NCBI GenBank assembly: GCA_038061235.1
Contig: JBBTZS010000002.1
Span: forward strand, 4,672-68,671
From: Patescibacteria group bacterium
Lineage (GTDB): Bacteria; Patescibacteriota; Patescibacteriia; 2-12-FULL-60-25
Length of the DNA stretch: 64,000 bases
Direction of reading: 5' to 3'
The position numbers and the translations under genes are program-made. Below are positions 40,906 through 50,270 of the stretch, piece by piece (position 1 is the first letter of the stretch; every line of letters starts with the position of its first letter). The notes under the pieces were generated by a model that was not told where the DNA came from, made no database searches, and saw only the letters and a program-made list of their open reading frames with translations.

Positions 40906-43112
40906 TCCCTTCCCGGATTCAGTTCTTCGAAGTTCACGGAAAGGAGTTGAGAGACGCCGTCGTCGCCCATCGTCACGCCGTACAGCACGTTTGCCTGCGT
41001 CATGGTGGCGCGATTGTGCGTCACGACGACGAATTGCGTTTTGTCGGCCAGCGTCCCGATGATCTCCGCGAACTTGCGCGAGTTTACCTCGTCGAGTGCG
41101 GCATCCACTTCGTCGAGCACGACAAAGGGCGACGGGTTGGTCGCCATGATCGCGCAAATGAGCGCGATAGACGTCAGCGCTCGCTCCCCGCCGGACAAAA
41201 GCGCAATCGCTTTTGCGCGTTTTCCGGGCGGCGTGGCCATGATGTCGATCCCCGCGACCTCGCCCTCCTTTGGCGCGCGGAGCACGTTACCCTCTTCATC
41301 CACTTCCGGTTCCGGTTGTACTTCGACAAGCGATGCGTCGCCTCCGCCGAACAATTTTTTGAAATACACGCCGAACTCCTTGTCGAGCTTGCGAAACGCG
41401 GTCGCGCTTCGGCCGCGAATCGTGTCGTCCAGCTCCTCGACCACGGTCTCAAGGCCGAGAATTCCCTGTCGCAAGTCCTCGACCTGTTTTGAAAGAAACT
41501 CGAATCGCTCCTTGGTCTCCGCATGCTCCTTTACGGTTTCCGAATCAATCCCGCCGATCCACTCAAGCTGCGAGCGCAGTTTCTGCAACCGCGCCTGCGT
41601 CTCCGGCCCCGTCGGAGTTCTAAGTTCTAAGTTCTGAGTTCTAAGTTCTTCCTCTATCTTCGGCGCATGAAGACGGATATCGGACAGCAGCGCGTCGCGT
41701 CGCGTTTCGAGACGCGCGAGCTCGACCGCCGCTTCCCCGGCTCTACGCTCTACGCTCTGCGCTTCCGCCCTTTTCTGCATGAGCTTGTGTTGCGTTTCGA
41801 AGATGTGCGAGCGCTTGTCCTCTTCACCCTTGTTCCACGCTTCGAGTGCGGCTTCCGCTTCCTTCGCGCGTCGGGCCAATGCCTCGCTTTCTTTGGCGAT
41901 GGACTGCAACTCTTTTTCGATGGCGGGATCGGTTTCCGCTTCCTTCACGGCCTCCGGCGCCGGACGCTGGAGAGAAGTGAGTAGTGAGTAGTGAGTCGTG
42001 AGTAGGTTCTTGAAAAGCGCGCGAAGTTTCGTGATCGGCGGGTTTTCCGTCTTCAACATTGTATCGATCTCTTCGTGTTGATGATGGATTCCTTCAATGC
42101 CCGAAATGATTTTTGAAAGCGGCAACGGCGACCACGGCTTCTCGGCACGAACGGCGGCCACGGCCTTCTTGGTTTCGAGCTTCAATTCTCGTTCGCGCAA
42201 GGCCGCGCGTTCCGTCGCCGCCGCGTCGACCGCGACGCGCAGTTCCTTGAACCCCTCGCCACGCGGCGTCGCCTTCTCGAGTTCCGCGAGTTCCGCTTCA
42301 AGCGTCTTCGCTTCCGCTTCGAGCGCCGCTTCGGCCATCCGCGCCTCGTTACGCCGCGTTTGCGCGGATGCGAGTCCCGAGGAAACCGTGCCCCATTCAT
42401 GCCCGTAATGCGCGCGTTCCAGCGAACGGAGTTCCACTTCGATCATCTCGCGCTCCGCTAAACGCTTCACGTGTCGCTCAAGCGAATTCAATCGGGGTCC
42501 GATCTCCGACAGGATCTGATCGGTTTGAATCAGATTCTTGCGCGACTCGTCGATCTTGTTCAAGGCGCTTTGCCGCTTTAGCTGGAACGATCGCAGTCCG
42601 AACGCTTCGTCGAAAAATTCCTTGCGTTCCGACGGCGACGCGACCAGCACCGCATCGACCATCCCTTGTCCGATCACCGAATACGTCCGTTGGCCGATGC
42701 CGCATTGCGCGAGCAGAAGCGCGACATCGGTGAGACGCGCCGCCTGCTTATTCACCTCGTATTCCGACTGACCGTCACGATAGAGTCGGCGCGTAATCGC
42801 GATCTCCCCCATCTCGACGCCCTCGATCTTGCCGTCGTTTTCAAGAATCATCGTGACTTCCGCAAAACCCGAGCGCGTTCGTTTTTCGGAACCGGAAAAA
42901 ATCACGTCTTCCGATTTCTTCCCACGAAGCAGCTTCAAACTCTGCTCACCCATCACCCACCGGATGGCATCGGCGATATTCGACTTTCCCGAGCCGTTGG
43001 GCCCGACGATGCCCGTCACCCCACGACGCCCGGACGGATCGAGCTTGAACTCGACCACCGTCTTTTGCGCAAAGGTCTTAAAACCTTGAATCTCCAAACG
43101 CTTTAAATACAT
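40902..43112 (-). CDS. smc: Short SMC-like chromosome segregation ATPase (736 aa)
   Basis: N-terminal Walker A GPNGSGKSN, long coiled coil, C-terminal signature LSGGERALT and Walker B FVVLDEVDAALD. About 400 aa shorter than typical SMC, with no recognisable hinge. Confidence 0.75.
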   Translation of the reverse strand: MYLKRLEIQGFKTFAQKTVVEFKLDPSGRRGVTGIVGPNGSGKSNIADAIRWVMGEQSLKLLRGKKSEDVIFSGSEKRTRSGFAEVTMILENDGKIEGVEMGEIAITRRLYRDGQSEYEVNKQAARLTDVALLLAQCGIGQRTYSVIGQGMVDAVLVASPSERKEFFDEAFGLRSFQLKRQSALNKIDESRKNLIQTDQILSEIGPRLNSLERHVKRLAEREMIEVELRSLERAHYGHEWGTVSSGLASAQTRRNEARMAEAALEAEAKTLEAELAELEKATPRGEGFKELRVAVDAAATERAALRERELKLETKKAVAAVRAEKPWSPLPLSKIISGIEGIHHQHEEIDTMLKTENPPITKLRALFKNLLTTHYSLLTSLQRPAPEAVKEAETDPAIEKELQSIAKESEALARRAKEAEAALEAWNKGEEDKRSHIFETQHKLMQKRAEAQSVERRAGEAAVELARLETRRDALLSDIRLHAPKIEEELRTQNLELRTPTGPETQARLQKLRSQLEWIGGIDSETVKEHAETKERFEFLSKQVEDLRQGILGLETVVEELDDTIRGRSATAFRKLDKEFGVYFKKLFGGGDASLVEVQPEPEVDEEGNVLRAPKEGEVAGIDIMATPPGKRAKAIALLSGGERALTSIALICAIMATNPSPFVVLDEVDAALDEVNSRKFAEIIGTLADKTQFVVVTHNRATMTQANVLYGVTMGDDGVSQLLSVNFEELNPGRE
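41617..41651. repeat. Tandem heptanucleotide array GTTCTAA x4-5 inside the smc-like gene
   Basis: Translated as EELRTQNLELRT. Confidence 0.85.
41741..41768. repeat. Tandem heptanucleotide array CTCTACG/CTCTGCG inside the smc-like gene
   Basis: 7-nt periodicity in the coiled-coil coding region (..AEAQSVERRAG..). Confidence 0.75.
41977..42004. repeat. Tandem heptanucleotide array GTGAGTA x4 inside the smc-like gene
   Basis: Translated as LLTTHYSLLTS. Confidence 0.85.
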
Positions 43113-43116
43113 ACGG

Positions 43117-43144
43117 GTTTCAGGTGTCAGGTTACAGGTTTCAG
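43117..43144. repeat. Tandem heptanucleotide array GTTTCAG/GTGTCAG/GTTACAG (left arm)
   Basis: Starts 5 nt upstream of the smc-like gene's start. Inverted relative to 43210-43237. Confidence 0.85.
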
Positions 43145-43209
43145 CCTTGAAAAAGAAGTCCTCGTGTCCAGCCTCTGCAAGGTTGCCTTTTTTAGCGAAA
43201 TCCGCGATG

Positions 43210-43237
43210 CTGACACCTGACAGCTGAAATCTGACAC
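43210..43237. repeat. Tandem heptanucleotide array CTGACAC/CTGACAG/CTGAAAT (right arm)
   Basis: Ends 10 nt upstream of the rbfA start. Reverse-complement family of the left arm. Confidence 0.85.
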
Positions 43238-43246
43238 CGAACCACT

Positions 43247-43594
43247 ATGTCATCGCATCGCCTGGAAGCCGGTTTTGAGCATGTGCGGGAAGCTTTCGCC
43301 GAATCCATCCGTGAAGTCGTGGAGTTCCCGCGTGACATGCTCGTCACCGTTCTCGAAGCCAAACTGACCGCCAATACCGCTCACGTACGGATCACTCTAT
43401 CCGTGTTTCCCGAAACCCTGAAAGACGAGGCCGTCCGTATTTTGCGCGGAGCCGAGCAGGATATAAAAGAGGAATTGATGACACGCATCCGCTTGCGACG
43501 CATGCCTCGTATCCACTACACGTTTGACGATACGGAGGCCGAGGCGGCCGTGATCGAACGCGCGATCAACGAATTGAAGGAAAAGGGTGAATGA
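43247..43594 (+). CDS. rbfA: Ribosome-binding factor A
   Basis: 115-aa ORF; VTVLEAKLT.....A.V..SV and RLRRMPRIHYTFDDT are RbfA-typical. Confidence 0.85.
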   Translation: MSSHRLEAGFEHVREAFAESIREVVEFPRDMLVTVLEAKLTANTAHVRITLSVFPETLKDEAVRILRGAEQDIKEELMTRIRLRRMPRIHYTFDDTEAEAAVIERAINELKEKGE

Positions 43595-43649
43595 TAAAAA
43601 CCCACCTACGCCGGAAGCTTTGGTGGGCGGGCCCGACGCGAGGTCGGGA

Positions 43650-44375
43650 TCAGGGTTTGAGGAACTCCGCGACGTGTCGATGCACGCGTTCATCGAGCAC
43701 AAGGCCCGCGTGATCGACGGGAAGCGTTTCGTTGATCGCAAGTCCGTGCCACGATGAATGGGCGGGAACCACGGTATCGAGCTCGCCCGCGATTGAGAGG
43801 AACTTCTCCCGATTGATCGTGAACGGGGGGATCGGGCGCGGCCCGGAACGGCACGTGGGCGTGAGCTCGGCCGCCGCTCCAGAGAACGGACTTAGGAAGT
43901 AGGCCGCCGAGGTGCCGCGGAACGGCGCGCCGAGCGCGACGAGTCGAACGTCGACGTTATGCAGCGACTTCCGTCCGAGCAGATCGAGTCCAACCAACGC
44001 GCCCATGCTATGGCCGATGATGTCGATCCGCTCGATGAACGGACTTCTGGAACGGATACGTTGCAGGCGATACTCGACATACGAACGAGCCTCCTTGAGC
44101 GCCCGCGCGGAACGCAAACCGAGATTGACCGTCCGCGGCTGAAACCCGTGGAAACGCAGATACGTTTCAAAGGGCTGCATCACGCCGCGCGTGCCAAACA
44201 GTCCCGGGATGAGAAGCGTGAGATGGCTGCATTCCACCGGCGACGGCTCGGGTCTCGAACCGTTTCCCACGGTGTCGAGAAGCAACGCACCATAGTCCAG
44301 CGCCGACATGGCGCTCCGCCAGAGGGCCTTCACCTTCGCCTTGCTTGGGTATCGTCTTGCATAGTCAGAGGACAT
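43650..44375 (-). CDS. Alpha/beta hydrolase (lipase/esterase-like)
   Basis: ORF 43650-44444; GGAGG 5 nt before the ATG at 44375. Nucleophile elbow GHSMGA. Confidence 0.7.
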   Translation of the reverse strand: MSSDYARRYPSKAKVKALWRSAMSALDYGALLLDTVGNGSRPEPSPVECSHLTLLIPGLFGTRGVMQPFETYLRFHGFQPRTVNLGLRSARALKEARSYVEYRLQRIRSRSPFIERIDIIGHSMGALVGLDLLGRKSLHNVDVRLVALGAPFRGTSAAYFLSPFSGAAAELTPTCRSGPRPIPPFTINREKFLSIAGELDTVVPAHSSWHGLAINETLPVDHAGLVLDERVHRHVAEFLKP

Positions 44376-44485
44376 GAGAACCTCCGGTGAAAAGGGTCCG
44401 TTGTTTGTGTATCCGAGATGACGGGAGTTGGCAATGATCTGCACTTGACGGCTCGCTAAAAAATAGCTAATGTAAACCGTTCCCT

Positions 44486-45454
44486 ATGGCCGATATTTCA
44501 TCGCTCAAAATCATGTTCGACGCGCTTCAAAAGGCGAAGCGCGTGCTTGTGATCGGCGACGGCAAGCCCGACGGCGACTCCATGGGCTCCTCGACCGCGC
44601 TGTACGGATGGTTGAAGCGCGAAGGCAAGGACGCGAAGCTGTTCATGGCGGTTCCGACGCCGAAGGCGTTCCTGTTTCTCGACCATGTCCACGAATTCAC
44701 CATGGATCCTTCCCTATTTGACGAAGACTGGGATGTCGTCGTCTCGCTCGATGCGAACATGCCCGGCGCGGGCGGATTTGCCGATCTCCAGCCGCGCCTC
44801 AAGCCGGGACATGTGTTCATCAACGTTGATCACCATGTCACGAATACGAAATTCGGCCACGTCAATATCGTCATGGTCGAGGCGTGCTCGACCTGCGAGG
44901 TCGTCTATCGGTTTTTCGAAGAAAACGGGATCGAGCTCGACGATCGCATCGCCACTTCACTGCTCACCGGACTCTGCACCGACACTTCACATTTCTCGAA
45001 TGCCGGCACAAACGTGAAAGGGATCGAGGCGGCCGGCGTCTGCGCCGCAAACGGCGCGCGTCACGCCGACATTCTGCGTTATCTCGTGCAGAACAAATCC
45101 GTCTCCGCATTAAAACTCTGGGGCCTCGCGCTTGAACGTCTCGTCTTCAATCCGGGATACGACGCCGCCGTCACCTACTTCACGCGCACGGATCTCGACG
45201 GCACCCCCGGTGCCGACGAAGCGGTCGAGGGCATCTCGAATTTCCTGAACGCGACCTGCGGCGGGGCGGATGTCATTCTCGTCCTGCGCGAAAAGCCGGA
45301 CGGGACGATCAAGGGCTCCATGCGCAGTCTCACGCGCGACATCTCGGGCTTTTGCAAAGCGTTCGGCGGCGGCGGCCACAAACAAGCCGCGGGATTTACG
45401 GTCAAAGGCAAAATCGGCACCGAAAACGGCCAAGTCCGCATCTTGTCGGCCTAG
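44486..45454 (+). CDS. DHH-family phosphoesterase (NrnA-like)
   Basis: DHH motifs (GDGKPDGDSMGS, VDHH) and the DHHA1 GGGH motif. Confidence 0.8.
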   Translation: MADISSLKIMFDALQKAKRVLVIGDGKPDGDSMGSSTALYGWLKREGKDAKLFMAVPTPKAFLFLDHVHEFTMDPSLFDEDWDVVVSLDANMPGAGGFADLQPRLKPGHVFINVDHHVTNTKFGHVNIVMVEACSTCEVVYRFFEENGIELDDRIATSLLTGLCTDTSHFSNAGTNVKGIEAAGVCAANGARHADILRYLVQNKSVSALKLWGLALERLVFNPGYDAAVTYFTRTDLDGTPGADEAVEGISNFLNATCGGADVILVLREKPDGTIKGSMRSLTRDISGFCKAFGGGGHKQAAGFTVKGKIGTENGQVRILSA

Positions 45455-45507
45455 CACTCTCACAATTTGACTGCTAACTTGGTTCTGCTATCCTGAGCCC
45501 GTACCCA

Positions 45508-45537
45508 AGCTACCAGCTACCAGCCACCCCCTCCCCC
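45508..45537. repeat. Tandem heptanucleotide array AGCTACC x2 + AGCCACC + CCCTCCC
   Basis: Directly upstream of the clpP ATG. Reverse complement of the unit found inside tsaE. Confidence 0.75.
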
Positions 45538-45538
45538 T

Positions 45539-46150
45539 ATGAACCCCTACGCCATCTCCAACATCAACCCCGCGAATTATCTGATTCCGACGGTGATTGA
45601 AAAAACCCATCAGGGCGAGCGCGCCTACGATATCTATTCGCGTCTTTTGAAGGACCGCATCATCATGCTCGGCACGCCGGTGGATGACGACGTCGCGAAC
45701 GTGATCGTGGCACAGCTTCTCTTTTTGGAAAGTCAGGATAAGGAGAAGGACATCAAACTCTACATCAACTCCCCCGGCGGATCGGTGACGGCGGGCCTCG
45801 CGATTTATGACACGATGCAGCTCATCAAGCCGGACGTTTCGACGATTTGTATCGGCATGGCCGCCTCGATGGGCGCGGTGCTGCTCGCGGGCGGAGCAAA
45901 AGGTAAGCGTTTTGCCCTGCCGAACTCCGAGATCATGATCCACCAAGTGCTCGGCGGTTTCCAAGGCCAAGCCACGGACATCAAGATCCACGCGGAACGC
46001 ATTCTCTCGACCAAGGCGAGCTTAAACAAGATCCTCTCAAAGCACACGGGTCAACCGCTCAAGAAAATCGAGGACGACACCGAGCGCGATAATTTCATGG
46101 AAGCGAAGGCCGCAGTGAAATATGGACTCATCGACAAAGTGATTGAGTGA
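45539..46150 (+). CDS. clpP: ATP-dependent Clp protease proteolytic subunit
   Basis: 203-aa ORF: [22 protein letters not shown], catalytic GMAASMGA and MIHQ motifs. Terminator hairpin at about 46171-46195. Confidence 0.95.
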   Translation: MNPYAISNINPANYLIPTVIEKTHQGERAYDIYSRLLKDRIIMLGTPVDDDVANVIVAQLLFLESQDKEKDIKLYINSPGGSVTAGLAIYDTMQLIKPDVSTICIGMAASMGAVLLAGGAKGKRFALPNSEIMIHQVLGGFQGQATDIKIHAERILSTKASLNKILSKHTGQPLKKIEDDTERDNFMEAKAAVKYGLIDKVIE

Positions 46151-46196
46151 CCACATAACACGTAGCAAAGGACCGGGTAATCTCGGTTTTTTGAAT

Positions 46197-46245
46197 GCTA
46201 CATGCTACGTGCTATTTGTTACATGCTACGTGCTACCTGTACACC
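46197..46245. repeat. Tandem heptanucleotide array GCTACAT/GCTACGT/GCTATTT x7
   Basis: Between convergent clpP and the SpoIID gene. Overlaps the last codons of the latter. Confidence 0.85.
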
Positions 46246-48629
46246 CTCCACAACTCCGTTCCGCGATAGAAATGCGAAAGAATTTGCTGATAGGACGCGC
46301 CGTCTTTGTAGTCCATTTGCAGCGCGCCGGTGGCGGAGAGACCCACGCCGTGACCCCAAAGCGTTTTGCCGACGTCATGCGGCACGGGGACGGATACAAG
46401 CCATGGATACGGGCCGCCGCCCCACACTTCGGTCCAGTCGCGCGTGCGGCCGTCGGAGCGCGAGAAGTACGGCGTGATGGCGAGCTTGCCATTATACGTC
46501 ACGATTTGCCCGCGTGTCGCCTCCACGGCCGCGACGATGGTCGGACTACGCGCTTCCGCGCCGTACCCGCGATACACCTGATCGTACGTCGCATCGACCG
46601 TGAAGTGGCGCGCCGCGTGTTTGGTCTGTCGCTGGACGTGATACATCGCGTAGGTACGGGCGCCGGTCAGCAAGGCGCGCTGATATTGCGGCGGACTTGA
46701 GTTGGACGTCTCCGCGATTCCCTTCAGATACCACTCGATCGGTAGTTCGTTGATCACCCAGACTTGATCTACCGCTTCGGCAAATCGGAGCTCAAGGTTG
46801 GATCGGAATGTGTTGTCGTTTGCGCCCGGTAACCATCCGACCGGACGGCTGAAGTCGGTCATCTCCATGGGCGAAAGAATATCCTGCGCATGCACGACGT
46901 ACCACGTGGCAGATTGTCCCGTGCACTCGCCGGATACGCGATACAGCTTGGCGGCGCGATCATAGGAAACGGTGACCGAACGCTGCAGCGGCACGACGCA
47001 AATAACGGAACCCGCAGGACCGCCGCTCCGGACTTCGAGCGGCGCAAACTTGGCGGTTACCACCATCTTGTCGTCGGCCGTGGCAAAAATCCCGGCGCGG
47101 ATCATGGGTTCCGCCGGCAAGGAAGATTCATCCCCGGTAAGCGGTTGCGGCGTATAGATGGAGGGCGCGGGCGGCGTCGAGGGCGAAGACGGCGGCGTGA
47201 CGGGTACGGGTTTCGGCTCCGGCGTAATCACGCCGTCGGACGTGACGGTGATCGGAATGTCGATCATTCCGCCTTCGACAACATTATTGTCGGCTTGTAA
47301 TTGAAAGCTGGCCGTGTACACGCCTTTCTTGACGGGCGCCTTGATAAAAAACGTCAAAAACCCGATCTCACCGGGATTGGTCACTCCGAGAACTTGGACG
47401 GGCGTCGAAAGATCGCGCCACGAATCATCGCGCATCATCCCATCTTGCGCTTTGAGCGCGCGCATATTCCACGGTACGTTACTCGTATTTTTGAACCCCA
47501 ACGTAACTTGCTGACGTTCATCGCCCGGCAACGACAGGCGGTCCGTCGAACGTAGAAGAAGCGTCGCCGTATAAATCCCGTTTCGCCGGCTCGCGGACTG
47601 GCTCAACACTTCATTCGCATTAAATCCCGGCGGCGCGGAAGCGATAAACTCGCTTGTGATCGGCACGATGATCGGCAAAAGCACGCGCCCGCCGGAAATC
47701 CATGCCGTGTCTTCGGCCGCGAGCATGAATTCTTCTCGATACGACCCGGGCGAGCGAGGCGCGCGAATCTCGATTTTCACGGTTCCGATCTGTCCCGGCT
47801 TCACTTCGGATTCGATCAATCGCGCCGCCTGATTGCCGTTCCAAGACTTGTCCCTGAACGGGCTTTCTCGCTCTTTATTCCCGTTGACGGAATATACGGA
47901 AATATAGGATGCGCCGTCTTTTTTCCATGTTTCCGTACCGACATTCTTGAACGTGAGGGTCACGAATGTATTTTCCTCCATGTTGATCTGCCATTCGCTT
48001 CCGCTCATGGAAACGAGCTCCGCGCGCCACTTTGTCGATCCGGTTGCGATCTCTCCCGTGTCGGAAGACGAAGGCTCGACGACGGGCACCGGTGCGGCGA
48101 TCAATGTCGCTGTCGGCGTCACGATTCCGTGCTTCACATCCAAGCGCAGCGTAAACCGCCCGTTCCCCATGCGTCGCAGCCCCTCGGCGACGAGCAGGAA
48201 GTCGCTCGAATAAACGCCGGGCGCGGACGGGGCCTTGAGCGGAAAAGTGAATATCGCGGTTTGCCCGGGCGCGAGGCTTGAAACGGGTAAACGCGCCGGC
48301 CGCATCGCGTTTTCCCAACCCGGAGACGCGAGCACGCTATTCGCCTCGGTTCGACGATCCCAATCGTACGAGTAAATCGAGACGTAATTTTTTCCGCCGT
48401 TGCTCCACGTAAGTGTGCCGATATTTTTTACCGTGACGGACACGACCGACATCTGTCCCGGCGCGAGTTGCTTGGGAGCGGATACGGCGATGATGGACGC
48501 GTCGTACGATTCAGCGGCTGAAGTCGCGGGCAAAGGCGGCATGACAAGCGAGGAAATCAAGACGAAACAGGCAATGATGCCAGCCTTCGAGCTTCCGCGA
48601 CGGAAGGACGTACGTTCTTTTGCTGTCAT
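46233..48629 (-). CDS. Secreted SpoIID/LytB-domain protein with N-terminal Ig-like repeats
   Basis: 798-aa ORF with a signal/TM segment, repeated modules of about 110 aa (..VKNIGT.TW.. pattern) and a C-terminal SpoIID region (YAMYHV..DQVYRGYG..TPYFSRSDGRT). Confidence 0.8.
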   Translation of the reverse strand: MTAKERTSFRRGSSKAGIIACFVLISSLVMPPLPATSAAESYDASIIAVSAPKQLAPGQMSVVSVTVKNIGTLTWSNGGKNYVSIYSYDWDRRTEANSVLASPGWENAMRPARLPVSSLAPGQTAIFTFPLKAPSAPGVYSSDFLLVAEGLRRMGNGRFTLRLDVKHGIVTPTATLIAAPVPVVEPSSSDTGEIATGSTKWRAELVSMSGSEWQINMEENTFVTLTFKNVGTETWKKDGASYISVYSVNGNKERESPFRDKSWNGNQAARLIESEVKPGQIGTVKIEIRAPRSPGSYREEFMLAAEDTAWISGGRVLLPIIVPITSEFIASAPPGFNANEVLSQSASRRNGIYTATLLLRSTDRLSLPGDERQQVTLGFKNTSNVPWNMRALKAQDGMMRDDSWRDLSTPVQVLGVTNPGEIGFLTFFIKAPVKKGVYTASFQLQADNNVVEGGMIDIPITVTSDGVITPEPKPVPVTPPSSPSTPPAPSIYTPQPLTGDESSLPAEPMIRAGIFATADDKMVVTAKFAPLEVRSGGPAGSVICVVPLQRSVTVSYDRAAKLYRVSGECTGQSATWYVVHAQDILSPMEMTDFSRPVGWLPGANDNTFRSNLELRFAEAVDQVWVINELPIEWYLKGIAETSNSSPPQYQRALLTGARTYAMYHVQRQTKHAARHFTVDATYDQVYRGYGAEARSPTIVAAVEATRGQIVTYNGKLAITPYFSRSDGRTRDWTEVWGGGPYPWLVSVPVPHDVGKTLWGHGVGLSATGALQMDYKDGASYQQILSHFYRGTELWRVYR

Positions 48630-48768
48630 AACGAATATTCGCTTTGATTTCTTCCGTAATCTGACATTATTTTATCATTTTTTAACCCCTCCGTCAAAAA
48701 TCCTCTACTCCCTGCCCCCTGCTTCCTGCTTCATGTTCTATATCCCATGTCCCATGTACCATATGCCC

Positions 48769-50235
48769 ATGTCTCTCATGCGCGCCATCGCCCGGAATAC
48801 GGGCGTTCAAGTCGCCGGCAAAGTGCTTTCGACGGCCTTGGGCATTGCCTTGGTCGCGCTTTTAACCCGACAGCTGGGTCAGGAAGGATTCGGCATGTAT
48901 TCGACGGCGAACGCGTTTCTCCAAATCTTTGCCCTCCTGCTTGATCTTGGGCTGAATGTGACGCTTATCGCCATGCTCGGCGAGCACGCCGACGATAAGA
49001 CCTACGAAAAACGCTGCCTCTCCGCCCTGTTTACGCTTCGCATTGTTCTCGCCGTCATGATTCTCGGCATCATCGCGCCCATCGTTGCATTCGCGTTCCC
49101 ATATCCGATCGAGCTCAAGCTTGCGATCCTCGCGCTCACCGCGTCCTTCATTTTTCCAAGTCTGAATCAGGTCGTCATCGGCGCGCAACAACGCCATCTC
49201 AAGATGCGCATGGCCGCGGTGTCCGAAAACGTCGGTCGCGTGATCGCGCTTGCCGGTGTCATCGCGGCGCCCTCGCTCGGCTGGGGCCTCGTGCCGATCA
49301 TGTGGGTCATCTCCGTCGCGGGATTCGGGAACTTCATTGTGAACTTTCTTTCCGCGCGGCGTTACGCGCCTCTCGGTTGGAACTGGGATCCGGCGTTCTG
49401 GCTCATCGCACTTAAGCGTTCCTGGCCGATCGGCGTTTCCATCGCGTTCGGTCTCGCGTATTTCAAGGCGGATACGCTTATCCTCTCGCTGGTTCGCTCG
49501 CAAGCCGAAGTCGGGTTGTACGGCGCCGCATATCGCGTGCTTGAAGTGCTCATCACCGTTCCGTTCATGTACGCGGGCGTGCTCCTCCCCCTACTCGCCA
49601 ACGCCTTCGTTAAAAAAGAAAAGGACCGCTTGCAAAAATATGTATCCGCTTCGCTCGACGTCATGATTCTGATGGCGATTCCGATGGTCGCCGGCACGTG
49701 GCTCCTTGGCCCGGAAGTCATGCGGCTCATCGCGGGAGCGGACTTCGTCGGCTCGGGCGAGATTCTCCGCATTCTCGTCATCGCCGTCGCCGTGATTTAT
49801 CTCAACACGATTTTTTCACACATTGTCGTCGCCGTGAACGCGCAGAAAAAAATGCTGCCCGTGTATGCCGTGGTGGGGCTCGGAACCATCGGACTCTACT
49901 TCCTTTTGATTCCGATCTACGGCGTATGGGCCGCCGCATGGCTCACCGTCGCGTCGGAGTTCACGATCGGACTCGGATCGCTCCTCGTCGCGCGGCGCTA
50001 TCTCGCCATCACGTATCGCCCGCACGCGACCGTCGCGGCGCTTGGCGCGAGTCTCGTCATGGCCGCGGTCGTCGTCGTGTCGGCCTCGCTTCCCGTCGTG
50101 ATCCGCATTCTGCTTGGAGCCGGGGCCTACCTCGGCTGCGTGATTCTCTTTGGCGGCATCTCGAAAGAAGTGCTGCGGGATATTTTCAAGCTTCAAAAAG
50201 AAACTTCGACGGAACTCGGACCAAAAAATTGGTGA
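48769..50235 (+). CDS. Polysaccharide flippase (Wzx/MOP superfamily)
   Basis: ORF 48400-50235; the first non-overlapping ATG at 48769 gives MSLMRAIARNTGVQVAGKV.. About 12-14 TM helices. Confidence 0.75.
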   Translation: MSLMRAIARNTGVQVAGKVLSTALGIALVALLTRQLGQEGFGMYSTANAFLQIFALLLDLGLNVTLIAMLGEHADDKTYEKRCLSALFTLRIVLAVMILGIIAPIVAFAFPYPIELKLAILALTASFIFPSLNQVVIGAQQRHLKMRMAAVSENVGRVIALAGVIAAPSLGWGLVPIMWVISVAGFGNFIVNFLSARRYAPLGWNWDPAFWLIALKRSWPIGVSIAFGLAYFKADTLILSLVRSQAEVGLYGAAYRVLEVLITVPFMYAGVLLPLLANAFVKKEKDRLQKYVSASLDVMILMAIPMVAGTWLLGPEVMRLIAGADFVGSGEILRILVIAVAVIYLNTIFSHIVVAVNAQKKMLPVYAVVGLGTIGLYFLLIPIYGVWAAAWLTVASEFTIGLGSLLVARRYLAITYRPHATVAALGASLVMAAVVVVSASLPVVIRILLGAGAYLGCVILFGGISKEVLRDIFKLQKETSTELGPKNW

Positions 50236-50270
50236 AGCGAAAAAAGAAAAACCCTCCCGGAAAGGAAGGG

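Noticed and set aside
40902-43112. Whether the short SMC-like gene reflects a frameshift or assembly truncation.
   Set aside because: A single continuous ORF joins canonical N- and C-terminal head halves, and the flanking genes are intact. The shortness appears genuine.
443-48780. Considered whether the short tandem arrays could be CRISPR arrays.
   Set aside because: The units are 7 nt and contiguous with no spacers, and no cas genes are in the window. They are microsatellite-like arrays, not CRISPR.
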